From contig CABYIQ010000004.1 of assembly GCA_902518965.1 (NCBI GenBank), positions 35,262 to 99,261 of the forward strand: a stretch of 64,000 nucleotides of DNA. Direction: 5' to 3'. Position numbers and translations under genes: made by a program. The stretch comes from an uncultured SAR116 cluster alpha proteobacterium (GTDB taxonomy: Bacteria > Pseudomonadota > Alphaproteobacteria > Puniceispirillales > Puniceispirillaceae). Shown piece by piece: positions 10,782 through 19,884 of this stretch. The notes beneath the pieces were generated by a model. That model was not told the DNA's origin and searched no databases. It was given only the letters and a program-made list of their open reading frames with translations. Within the stretch, counting starts at the first letter, position 1. Every line of letters starts with the position of its first letter.

Positions 10782-12128
10782 ATGTTCAAAAAAATACTTA
10801 TTGCCAACAGAGGCGATGTTGCATTGCGGGTTTTACGTGCCTGCAAAGAGATGGACATACAGACAGTGATTGTCCATTCAACGGCCGATGCTGATTCCAT
10901 GCCAGTCAGGCTTGCAGATGAATCAGTTTGTATCGGCCCCCCTGCTGCTGGACAGTCTTACCTGAACATACCCAATCTAGTCTCTGCTGCCGCTGTTACA
11001 GGCTGCGACGCCGTTCATCCGGGTGTAGGTTTTCTGGCAGAAAATGCTGATTTTGCATCAATAGTCCAGGCACATGGACTTATTTTCATAGGGCCTGAGC
11101 CAGAACATATCCGCCAGATGGGGGATAAGGTTCAGGCTAAGATAACAGCAGCAAAAGCGGGGCTGCCTCTAGTCCCGGGTTCTCCTGGCGCTGTTGATAC
11201 AATTGAAGAAGCACAAAAACTTGCCGTCGATATTGGTTTTCCTTTGCTAGTCAAAGCCGCCTCGGGTGGCGGTGGGCGCGGCATGAAGGTTGCAAATTCT
11301 GCAGATGAGTTATCTGAGGCCTTTTACTCTGCCCGGTCAGAAGCAAAAGCAGCCTTTGGTGATGACACGGTTTATCTTGAACGGTACCTGGATAACCCGC
11401 GCCATATTGAAGTCCAAGTGATCGCTGATTCACATGGAAATGCCGTCCATTTGGGCGAACGTGAATGTTCTGTGCAACGACGCCATCAGAAGCTGTTTGA
11501 AGAAGCTCCATCACCAGCAATTACGCCGTCTCAGCGCAAGAATATTGGCCAAATCGCTGCCAACGCCACTCTTGAAATGGGATACCTAGGTGTAGGCACT
11601 ATGGAATTCCTCTTTCAGGATGATGAATTTTTCTTCATCGAAATGAATACGCGACTTCAGGTCGAACACCCAATTACTGAAGCCATTACAGGCATTGACC
11701 TTGTGCGTGAACAAATTTGTATCGCCGCAGGGCAAAGTCTGCCTTTCAAACAAGAAAATATTCAGTTTGAGGGTCATGCTATTGAATGTCGTATAAACGC
11801 TGAACATCCGGAAACCTTCGCGCCAACGCCTGGAATAGTGAATTTTTATCACCCATCGGGAGGTGCCGGCATTCGTGTGGATACTGTGCTCTATTCCGGC
11901 TATCGAATCCCTCCTTATTATGACAGTCTTATTGCAAAATTAATTGTGCATGGCCGTGACCGTCAACATGCACTTGCGCGCCTGCGTCTGGCATTACAGG
12001 AATTTGTCATAGAACCCATTCCAACAACCTTAGAGCTGCACAAACGCCTTATTGATGAACCTGCTATTGTCTCAGGGGATTATTCGATCAAATGGCTTGA
12101 AAAAGAATTTTTCACAGCTGGTGACTAG
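10782..12128 (+). CDS. accC: Biotin carboxylase
   Basis: KILIANRG, GGGGRGM, RECSVQRRHQK, EMNTRLQVEH. Confidence 0.97.
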   Translation: MFKKILIANRGDVALRVLRACKEMDIQTVIVHSTADADSMPVRLADESVCIGPPAAGQSYLNIPNLVSAAAVTGCDAVHPGVGFLAENADFASIVQAHGLIFIGPEPEHIRQMGDKVQAKITAAKAGLPLVPGSPGAVDTIEEAQKLAVDIGFPLLVKAASGGGGRGMKVANSADELSEAFYSARSEAKAAFGDDTVYLERYLDNPRHIEVQVIADSHGNAVHLGERECSVQRRHQKLFEEAPSPAITPSQRKNIGQIAANATLEMGYLGVGTMEFLFQDDEFFFIEMNTRLQVEHPITEAITGIDLVREQICIAAGQSLPFKQENIQFEGHAIECRINAEHPETFAPTPGIVNFYHPSGGAGIRVDTVLYSGYRIPPYYDSLIAKLIVHGRDRQHALARLRLALQEFVIEPIPTTLELHKRLIDEPAIVSGDYSIKWLEKEFFTAGD

Positions 12129-12149
12129 CGCAACAACTGAGGAGGATGA

Positions 12150-12812
12150 ATGGCAGAGCGCTTCATCTATTCACCAGAAACCATCATCAAAGCATACAGC
12201 ATTGGTGTGTTTCCAATGGCTGAAGCACATGATTCTGAGGATATTTATTTTTATGAGCCGGATATGCGTGGCATTATTCCTGTCTGCCCCCCACATATCC
12301 CGAAAAAGCTATTAAAACTGGTCCGGCATACACACTGGACTGTAACACTGGATCGTGATTTTCGCGGGGTTATTGAGGGATGTGCTGAAATTCGGGAGGG
12401 ACGGCTTGACAGTTGGATCAACCCAGAAATCAAGCGCCTTTATCTAAGCTTACATAAAATGGGGTTTGCTCATTCTGTGGAAGTTTGGGATGCCCAGCAG
12501 CTCATCGGCGGCCTATATGGCATTCATCTTGGTGCGGCCTTTTTTGGGGAATCGATGTTTTCACGCGCTAGCAATGCCTCCAAACTGGCACTCGCACATT
12601 TAATGGCTAGGCTGTATCATGCTGGCTTTTTACTTCTTGATGCACAGTTCAGTAATTCGCATCTACTACAATTTGGATTGGTTGAAATCCCCAAAGACCA
12701 GTTTCGCTCATTATTAAATGATTCCCTGCAAACGCATCGGAATTGGCCATTAACAGCAACTGCTAACGATGTCTTTGTTCACTTGGCACAGGCCAGAAGC
12801 GTAACATCATAA
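12150..12812 (+). CDS. aat: Leucyl/phenylalanyl-tRNA--protein transferase
   Basis: AYSIGVFPMA, SWIN, AHSVEVW, GGLYG, FFGESMFS, LLDAQ. Confidence 0.93.
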   Translation: MAERFIYSPETIIKAYSIGVFPMAEAHDSEDIYFYEPDMRGIIPVCPPHIPKKLLKLVRHTHWTVTLDRDFRGVIEGCAEIREGRLDSWINPEIKRLYLSLHKMGFAHSVEVWDAQQLIGGLYGIHLGAAFFGESMFSRASNASKLALAHLMARLYHAGFLLLDAQFSNSHLLQFGLVEIPKDQFRSLLNDSLQTHRNWPLTATANDVFVHLAQARSVTS

Positions 12813-13174
12813 ACGGGATGTTCCAGTGAGGATACAGCAGGACTTGATGCAAACATCCACCCCGAAAAAACTGTAATTTTGTCAGCCTCTTCATTATCCG
12901 CAAAACCAACATCCCGAATTTCCAGAAAAGCAGCAGCCTCAGGAGGGACTTCAGGCGGGGTAAAAGCGCAATGTTTCAATTCAATTTCAAGTGTACCAAA
13001 TTGAAAAGGCTGATTCAGCGTTACCGGAACTGTGGCAATCCGTGCTGTAATCTTGTCTAGTGTCTGCATTAATGCCTGCTCAGACGACAACCAGCTATTG
13101 GCCTGCACCCCGCTCACGAAAATGCTCATCACCATGCCGACAAACAGGCCAAACAACAAACAGACTCTGTTCAA
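12779..13174 (-). CDS. DUF2155 family exported protein
   Basis: LDKITAR, FSGWMFASSP and LEHPVYDV motifs; N-terminal signal; 34-bp convergent overlap with aat. Confidence 0.8.
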   Translation of the reverse strand: MNRVCLLFGLFVGMVMSIFVSGVQANSWLSSEQALMQTLDKITARIATVPVTLNQPFQFGTLEIELKHCAFTPPEVPPEAAAFLEIRDVGFADNEEADKITVFSGWMFASSPAVSSLEHPVYDVTLLACAK

Positions 13175-13620
13175 CTGTCATTACCCTGAAAAACAATCTT
13201 GCCAAGCAGATCAGACAGGCTGACCGGGTCGCGCGTATCGTATATAACGGCACCCTCAGGCATGAGGCCATCATCAGCACCGGGGAGAAGTTCAAGAAAA
13301 TTACCACCCAAAAGCGAGGCGGCAGTGATCCGTGCCGATGTATCTGACGGTAGTTTCACTGCATCCTCTATCCGCATATCTATGCGTGCAGCATAGGTAA
13401 CCGGATCAAGAGACTGCCCAACAATCTGACCAACCTTTATACCAGACAACCGCACTTCATCGCCAACCGACAGCCCGCCTGACGTGCCAAACTCAGCATG
13501 GATCAGATAGCCGTTTGCTGATTTTATGTTAGAGGCCTGATACACCAGCATTGCAAAAATAGCGGCCCCAGTTAGAACGACCAGTCCCATCAGAGTTTCC
13601 AGTGTGCTTCGCTTCAACAT
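13171..13620 (-). CDS. mlaD: MlaD/MCE domain protein (orphan)
   Basis: N-terminal TM; GGLSVGDEVRLSGIKVG and SLLGGNFLEL MCE motifs. Confidence 0.88.
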   Translation of the reverse strand: MLKRSTLETLMGLVVLTGAAIFAMLVYQASNIKSANGYLIHAEFGTSGGLSVGDEVRLSGIKVGQIVGQSLDPVTYAARIDMRIEDAVKLPSDTSARITAASLLGGNFLELLPGADDGLMPEGAVIYDTRDPVSLSDLLGKIVFQGNDS

Positions 13621-13655
13621 TGCTACCTCTTTGTTGTCTAGCAGACCAACCGGAT

Positions 13656-14009
13656 CTAAGGTGTCCAGGCCTCGTAATCACCAGTTGCTTTGTCACGTCG
13701 CCCCCCTTTCAGAATATGTCCGGCTGGCCGGTAGGCATATTTAGTTCCGGTCAGATTTGGCAGGTGTTCCTGCTGCCAATCATGCACGGCGTAGCCTGTT
13801 TCGGGTGGCGGCTGCTGTTCCGTATAATGTAGCCAGCCATGCCAGTCTGGTGGCACCTTACTTGCCTCAACGTGCCCTTTATACAATACGTATCTCCTTT
13901 TGCGCTGGCCACGTCTTGCTTTGCGTGTTTCAAAATACTGATTGCCAAATTCATCTTGACCGACTCTCTGCGCTGTCAGCCTAATCATCAATTTAGAAAT
14001 TAAATGCAT
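13656..14009 (-). CDS. NADH:ubiquinone oxidoreductase NDUFA12 (17.2 kDa)-like protein
   Basis: VGQDEFGNQYF, EASKVPPDWHGWLH, PNLTGT, YEAWTP. Confidence 0.88.
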   Translation of the reverse strand: MHLISKLMIRLTAQRVGQDEFGNQYFETRKARRGQRKRRYVLYKGHVEASKVPPDWHGWLHYTEQQPPPETGYAVHDWQQEHLPNLTGTKYAYRPAGHILKGGRRDKATGDYEAWTP

Positions 14010-14222
14010 CTCTTGTCCGACTATTCCTGCTTCTTAAATTGCGCATTTATCATGCAAAGGGACCCTATGCTACATTTACTTAACATAATTTCAGGTTATA
14101 GTCTTGGGCAATGATTTTGACAACAAAAACCAGAAGATGTTACAAGCCTTCACTTCTGGAAAAGTCAAGTCGATTCAAGAAAAAAAAGACATAAAAAGTC
14201 AAAAAAAACGGCCGCAGAGCGA

Positions 14223-14279
14223 TTGCATGAACACCCCACATCATGTAGCTTAGTCTCTCGTATTGACTATATATTGTGT
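14223..14279 (+). promoter_or_regulatory. nrdJ sigma70 promoter with tandem NrdR boxes
   Basis: TTGCAT(14223-28)-17 bp-TAGCTT(14246-51); NrdR-like boxes ACCCCACATCATGTAG (14233-48) and TGACTATATATTGTGT (14264-79), 31 bp apart. Confidence 0.8.
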
Positions 14280-14350
14280 GTTAAGCTGGTAACAACGCTG
14301 CTTAACCTACGGTTTTTTTTCGTTTTACGTATTACAATTAGAGGGCAAAG

Positions 14351-17300
14351 ATGAAATTCGAAAGACGTTTCACAAAGGCAGGTCAGGGCACGTATGACCA
14401 AATACCATTCCGGTCAGCTTCCTCTGAAATTCGAAATCCAGACGGGACTGTGGTCTTTTCAGCAGAAAACATCGAAGTGCCCCAACAATACAGTCAGGTC
14501 GCAACAGATATCCTAGCCCAGAAATATTTCCGTAAAGCTGGCGTAGCTGCCAAGCTTAAACGTGTTGAAGAAAATGACGTTCCCTCCTGGCTATGGCGCT
14601 CTGCTCCAGACACGAAGGCACTTGAAAAACTACCTGAAGAGGAGCGTTTTGGCGGAGAGACCTCAGCCAAACAAGTCTTTAACCGTCTGGTTGGCACTTG
14701 GACATATTGGGCATGGAAAGCTAACTACTTCTCAAGCGAAGGAGATGCGAAAACTTATTATGACGAAATGAGCCACATGCTGGCATGTCAGATGGCTGCC
14801 CCAAACTCACCACAATGGTTTAATACAGGATTGCACTGGGCCTACGGTATTGATGGACCCAGCCAAGGACACTTTTATGTAGACTATAAAACTGGTAAGA
14901 TGGTGAAATCCAAATCATCTTATGAGCACCCGCAGCCCCACGCCTGCTTCATCCAGTCTGTTGGGGATGATCTGGTCAATGACGGAGGCATCATGGATCT
15001 GTGGGTCCGTGAAGCACGGTTGTTCAAATATGGGTCAGGCACGGGTTCCAACTTTTCACGTTTGCGGGGATCCGGAGAAAGCCTATCTGGAGGTGGTAAA
15101 TCCTCCGGCCTGATGAGCTTTTTGAAAATTGGAGACCGGGCAGCAGGGGCAATTAAGTCAGGTGGCACCACGCGCCGGGCAGCTAAGATGGTCACGGTCG
15201 ATATCGATCATCCTGATATCGAGGAATATATTGACTGGAAGGTTGTGGAAGAACAGAAAGTGGCTGCTCTAGTGGCTGGTTCAAAATTGGCCCAGAAACA
15301 CATGTCAGAAGTGATGGCAGCATGCGTGAACGCAGCTGATTTAGATGATAAGGGCAGGTATGACCCAAAGGAGAATAAGGCCCTAAAACAGGCAATACTG
15401 TCTGCACGTAAATCCATGATCCCAGAAAATTATGTTCAGCGGGTAATTCAATTTGCACAGCAGGGATTCACGGAAATCAGCTTCAAGACCTATGACACGG
15501 ATTGGGACTCAGAAGCATATCTGACAGTCGCCGGGCAGAATTCAAATAACTCTGTCAGGGTAACCAACGCCTTTCTGAATGCGGTAGCTGATAACAGTGA
15601 CTGGGAACTAATAAGACGAACAGACGGCAAGGTTGCTGAAACCGTGAATGCCTCTGAGCTATGGGACAAAATTGCAAATGCGGCATGGGCCTGTGCTGAC
15701 CCCGGCCTACAGTATGACACCACAATTAATGAGTGGCACACCTGCCCTGACGGAGGGCGGATAAACGCATCAAACCCCTGTTCAGAATACATGTTCCTAG
15801 ATGATACGGCCTGTAATCTGGCATCATTGAACCTAATGCAATTCCGGCATGATGACGGCAGTTTTGATATTGAAAAGTTTGAGCATGCTGTCCGCTTGTG
15901 GACCTTAACTCTCGAAACATCAGTTCTTATGGCACAGTTCCCATCAAGGGAAATTGCGCAAGGATCATATGATTACAGAACGCTTGGTCTTGGCTTTGCC
16001 AATATCGGCGGCATGCTGATGGCAGCAGGATATTCATATGACAGTGATGAAGCACGTGCCTTATGTGGTGCGATATCAGCCATTATGACAGGACGGTCAT
16101 ACGCCACATCAGCAGAGCTGGCAGCAGAGGCTGGCCCGTTCCCACTTTATCAGGACAATGCTGATCATATGCTGCGGGTAATGCGTAATCACCGTCGCGC
16201 TGCCTATGGAGAGGCAGAAGGTTATGAGGATTTGACTGTATTGCCTGTCCCACTTGATCACTCCAACTGCCCGGATAAGAAGATGATCAAACATGCAAAA
16301 GCTGCATGGGATGATGCGTTGAAACTGGGTGAAAAGTATGGCTACCGTAATGCACAATCTACCGTCATCGCACCAACCGGCACAATCGGCCTAGTGATGG
16401 ATTGTGACACCACAGGGATTGAGCCAGACTTTGCAATTGTAAAATTCAAGAAACTGGCTGGCGGTGGTTACTTCAAAATCATTAACCGTGTTGTTCCTGA
16501 GGCCTTGACAGGTCTTGGCTATACACCAGGCCAAATTGACGACATTACCCGCTATGCCGTTGGTCACGGCAATCTGGAAAGCTGCCAGGCCATCTCACCA
16601 AATGCACTGAGAGAAAAAGGTTTCACAGATGCTGTCTTAACCCAGCTTGCAGGTTCACTTGAAAACGCATTTGACATCAAGTTCGCTTTCAACCGATTTA
16701 GCCTTGGAGATGAGTTCTGCAAGGAAACTCTTGGATTCAGTGAAGACCAGCTAAATGATTTTAACTTTAACATGCTTGAAGCGCTGGGCTTTTCAAAAGA
16801 GGAAATTGAAGCTGCAAACATCCATGTCTGCGGGGCCATGACCGTTGAAGGTGCGCCGCACATGAAAGACGAGCATTTGCAGATATTTGATTGTGCGAAT
16901 GTCTGTGGGCGGATTGGCAAACGATTCTTGTCAGTCAGCAGTCATATCACCATGATGGCTGCCGCACAACCATTCATATCAGGCGCGATTTCTAAGACAA
17001 TTAATATGCCGAACAGTGCAACTGTTCAGGAATGTGGTGAAGCCTACATGCAAAGCTGGAAGCTGGGCCTGAAGGCAAATGCACTTTACCGTGACGGCTC
17101 AAAGCTTAGTCAGCCTCTGTCATCTGCTCTTGTCGATGATGATGAGGACGCAGATATCGATGAACTGGCTGCCGCACCCACTACGCAAATTATTGAAAAG
17201 GTTGTGGAACGTATAGTGCGCAATGAAGAGCGTCAACGCCTCCCTGACAGGCGCAAGGGCTATACCCAGAAAGCTTCTGTTGGTGGGCATAAGGTTTATC

Positions 17301-17980
17301 TGCGGACAGGCGAATATGAGGATGGGCGTCTGGGTGAAATTTTCATCGATATGCATAAAGAAGGTGCTGCTTTCCGCTCGCTGATGAATAATTTTGCCAT
17401 CGCGGTATCTATTGGCCTTCAGTATGGCGTTCCCTTAGAGGAATATGTTGAAGCATTCACCTTTACCCGGTTTGAGCCACAAGGCATTGTCACAGGCAAC
17501 GACGCAATAAAAATGTCGACATCCATCCTCGATTATACTTTCCGCGAATTGGCGATATCTTATCTGGACAGACATGATTTAGGGCATGTCAGTGCTGATG
17601 ATCTGGATGTGGATACTACCGGTGGCGGCGAAGCCCAGTCTGCACTGGTTAACAAGGTTACCAGCAGAGGATTTATCCGTAAGCAGGGTTTGGTTGTTTA
17701 CTCAAACGACAGCTCAGCAGCCCAAGCCGTGGCAACAGACCAGACAGCCACCACTAGCCTGAAGCCGGCCACAACAAGTGCCGGCCTTGCAAAAACAGTT
17801 GCAAATGAGGCGATGGCTGAGGCAGCAACAGCAACTGATGTCATGGAAAACCGGCGCAAAGAAGCACGCTTACAGGGTTATGAAGGGGAATCCTGCCCTG
17901 AATGTCAAAACTTCACGCTGGTCAGAAATGGTACCTGTCTGAAATGCAACACCTGTGGTGCCACGACAGGTTGCAGCTAA
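14351..17980 (+). CDS. nrdJ: Vitamin B12-dependent (class II) ribonucleotide reductase
   Basis: [24 protein letters not shown] (thiyl Cys), IAPTGTI, C-terminal RLPDRRKG domain and CPEC...CNTC; no intein seen. Confidence 0.96.
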   Translation: MKFERRFTKAGQGTYDQIPFRSASSEIRNPDGTVVFSAENIEVPQQYSQVATDILAQKYFRKAGVAAKLKRVEENDVPSWLWRSAPDTKALEKLPEEERFGGETSAKQVFNRLVGTWTYWAWKANYFSSEGDAKTYYDEMSHMLACQMAAPNSPQWFNTGLHWAYGIDGPSQGHFYVDYKTGKMVKSKSSYEHPQPHACFIQSVGDDLVNDGGIMDLWVREARLFKYGSGTGSNFSRLRGSGESLSGGGKSSGLMSFLKIGDRAAGAIKSGGTTRRAAKMVTVDIDHPDIEEYIDWKVVEEQKVAALVAGSKLAQKHMSEVMAACVNAADLDDKGRYDPKENKALKQAILSARKSMIPENYVQRVIQFAQQGFTEISFKTYDTDWDSEAYLTVAGQNSNNSVRVTNAFLNAVADNSDWELIRRTDGKVAETVNASELWDKIANAAWACADPGLQYDTTINEWHTCPDGGRINASNPCSEYMFLDDTACNLASLNLMQFRHDDGSFDIEKFEHAVRLWTLTLETSVLMAQFPSREIAQGSYDYRTLGLGFANIGGMLMAAGYSYDSDEARALCGAISAIMTGRSYATSAELAAEAGPFPLYQDNADHMLRVMRNHRRAAYGEAEGYEDLTVLPVPLDHSNCPDKKMIKHAKAAWDDALKLGEKYGYRNAQSTVIAPTGTIGLVMDCDTTGIEPDFAIVKFKKLAGGGYFKIINRVVPEALTGLGYTPGQIDDITRYAVGHGNLESCQAISPNALREKGFTDAVLTQLAGSLENAFDIKFAFNRFSLGDEFCKETLGFSEDQLNDFNFNMLEALGFSKEEIEAANIHVCGAMTVEGAPHMKDEHLQIFDCANVCGRIGKRFLSVSSHITMMAAAQPFISGAISKTINMPNSATVQECGEAYMQSWKLGLKANALYRDGSKLSQPLSSALVDDDEDADIDELAAAPTTQIIEKVVERIVRNEERQRLPDRRKGYTQKASVGGHKVYLRTGEYEDGRLGEIFIDMHKEGAAFRSLMNNFAIAVSIGLQYGVPLEEYVEAFTFTRFEPQGIVTGNDAIKMSTSILDYTFRELAISYLDRHDLGHVSADDLDVDTTGGGEAQSALVNKVTSRGFIRKQGLVVYSNDSSAAQAVATDQTATTSLKPATTSAGLAKTVANEAMAEAATATDVMENRRKEARLQGYEGESCPECQNFTLVRNGTCLKCNTCGATTGCS

Positions 17981-18135
17981 AACAGATGAAACACATTATG
18001 AAATTAGCAACAATGCTCATGCAATGACCGGATCTTGCTGAAGATTAGGCGGCCCGTCATGTCGGTAAAAGACTTCCTTATTTGTGTTTGTGCCTGTATC
18101 TTACCTTGGCTGAATGAATTTGAATGGAGTCTATT

Positions 18136-18603
18136 ATGACATCATCTGCAGTTGACAATCTGAGCCGTCTAGGGATCACTCTGCCTGATGCCCCCGCACC
18201 AGCAGCTAATTACGTTCCTTATGTTATTGCCGGCAATATAGTTTTCGTCTCTGGGCAACTTCCTCTTGTTGAAGGGAAGTTGTCTGTTACCGGCCATGTC
18301 GGCAAAGACGTAACAACCGAACAGGCTGCCAAGCAGGCAAGACAATGCGCCATTAATCTTCTGGCCCAACTGAATTCCGCCTGTGGGGGTGACCTTGGCC
18401 GGGTAAAACAAGTGGTGAAGCTAGGCGGGTTTGTTGCCTGTGCAGATAGTTTCACTGACCAGCCAGAAGTGATAAACGGTGCATCTGACCTAATGGTTGA
18501 AGTCTTTGGTGACGCTGGCCGTCATGCCCGTTTCGCTGTAGGCTCTAACAGTCTTCCACGAGGAACATGTGTTGAAGTAGAGGGCACATTTTTGATCGAC
18601 TGA
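18136..18603 (+). CDS. RidA/YjgF family protein
   Basis: PAANYVP, FVSGQLP, INGASDL, GRHARFAVG, VEVE; GGAG RBS favours ATG 18136. Confidence 0.9.
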   Translation: MTSSAVDNLSRLGITLPDAPAPAANYVPYVIAGNIVFVSGQLPLVEGKLSVTGHVGKDVTTEQAAKQARQCAINLLAQLNSACGGDLGRVKQVVKLGGFVACADSFTDQPEVINGASDLMVEVFGDAGRHARFAVGSNSLPRGTCVEVEGTFLID

Positions 18604-18665
18604 TGCCGCCAGCGATGGCTGGACGAAGGTCTACTGATCTTTACCGCATACAATTGTTAGGATAA

Positions 18666-18714
18666 GTCGTAAATACGGCCTTGCCAGTTCATTTGGCAAG
18701 GCCATATTTATGAC
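18666..18714. promoter_or_regulatory. 21-bp-arm inverted repeat (19/21 match) overlapping a sigma32-like promoter for the DUF482 gene; may also act as a terminator
   Basis: GTCGTAAATACGGCCTTGCCA-GTTCATT-TGGCAAGGCCATATTTATGAC; contains CTTG(18680-83)-N18-CCATAT(18702-07). Confidence 0.55.
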
Positions 18715-19884
18715 ATGAAAAATAAGGGTAAATTAAAGGTGAATATAACAGCGCATACCACACTGTCCGCATTTACCGCAGATGAATGGGACAGACTGAA
18801 CCCGAGCAAGCACCCGTTTCTTTGCTATGCTTTTCTCAAAGCACTGGAAGATAGTGGTTCTGTTGGTGGGCGGACCGGGTGGGATATGCTTTTTCTGGCA
18901 GCAAGAGAGGATAGCTCTGATCTGCTGGTGGGCATTCTACCTGCTTATATCAAGCATCATTCTTATGGTGAATATGTTTTTGACCACAGCTGGGCCCATG
19001 CGTTTGAGCGCGCAGGCGGACGATATTATCCAAAACTATTATGTGCTGTTCCCTTTACACCTGTCCCTGGGCCTCGTCTTTTATATGATCATCATCACCC
19101 GGAAATTATCCACAACCTGCTGAATGCGTTAGAGAAGATCGCAAGAGACAATCAGATTTCGTCTGCCCATGTAAACTTCATTATAGATGAAGATCGCAAT
19201 GTTCTAGAAGATAAAGGCTGGATGATAAGAACTGGCGTTCAATTTCACTGGCAGAATAACAACTACGACTGTTTTGATGATTTTCTGGCCAGTTTGTCAT
19301 CACGCAAACGAAAGACATTACGAAAGGAAAGACAAGGCCTTTTCCACAAAGGCATAACATTTCATCAGCTTACCGACACTGATATTAGACCAGAACATTG
19401 GGATCATTTTTATAAGTTTTATCTGTCTACAATCGAAAAAAAATGGGGGGGTGCCTATCTGACAGAAAGCTTTTTCCACCAGATTGGCATGCAGATGTCA
19501 GATCAGATTTTATTGGTCTTAGCCGAAAAAGACGGACAGCTGATCGCAGGCGCACTCAATTTTATTGGTCAGGATTCACTTTATGGCCGGAATTGGGGAT
19601 GTATTGAACATATTCCAAATCTACATTTTGAAACCTGTTATTATCAGGCAATTGACTTTGCCATCAGCAGGAAGTTGGCGACAGTCGAAGCTGGCGCCCA
19701 GGGTCTGCATAAAGTGCAGCGAGGCTATCTACCTGTCTATACCTATTCGGCGCATTGGCTGGCTGATTCACAATTTTCGGAAGCAGTCAGCCGTTTCCTG
19801 AGTCAGGAGCAGGCTGCTGTTGAAGAAGACGCTCGATCTATAGACGAAATCAGCCCATACCGCCGTGACAATAAAGCAGGTTAG
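18715..19884 (+). CDS. FemAB-like / DUF482 GNAT-fold protein
   Basis: HSYGEYVFDHSWA, YYPKL..PFTPV, LYGRNWG, LHFETCYYQAI, EAGAQG.HK..RGY. Confidence 0.88.
   Translation: MKNKGKLKVNITAHTTLSAFTADEWDRLNPSKHPFLCYAFLKALEDSGSVGGRTGWDMLFLAAREDSSDLLVGILPAYIKHHSYGEYVFDHSWAHAFERAGGRYYPKLLCAVPFTPVPGPRLLYDHHHPEIIHNLLNALEKIARDNQISSAHVNFIIDEDRNVLEDKGWMIRTGVQFHWQNNNYDCFDDFLASLSSRKRKTLRKERQGLFHKGITFHQLTDTDIRPEHWDHFYKFYLSTIEKKWGGAYLTESFFHQIGMQMSDQILLVLAEKDGQLIAGALNFIGQDSLYGRNWGCIEHIPNLHFETCYYQAIDFAISRKLATVEAGAQGLHKVQRGYLPVYTYSAHWLADSQFSEAVSRFLSQEQAAVEEDARSIDEISPYRRDNKAG

Noticed and set aside
14351-17980. Intein or intron in nrdJ or dnaE2
   Set aside because: Lengths and continuous motifs fit intein-free proteins; no splice-junction or LAGLIDADG motifs seen
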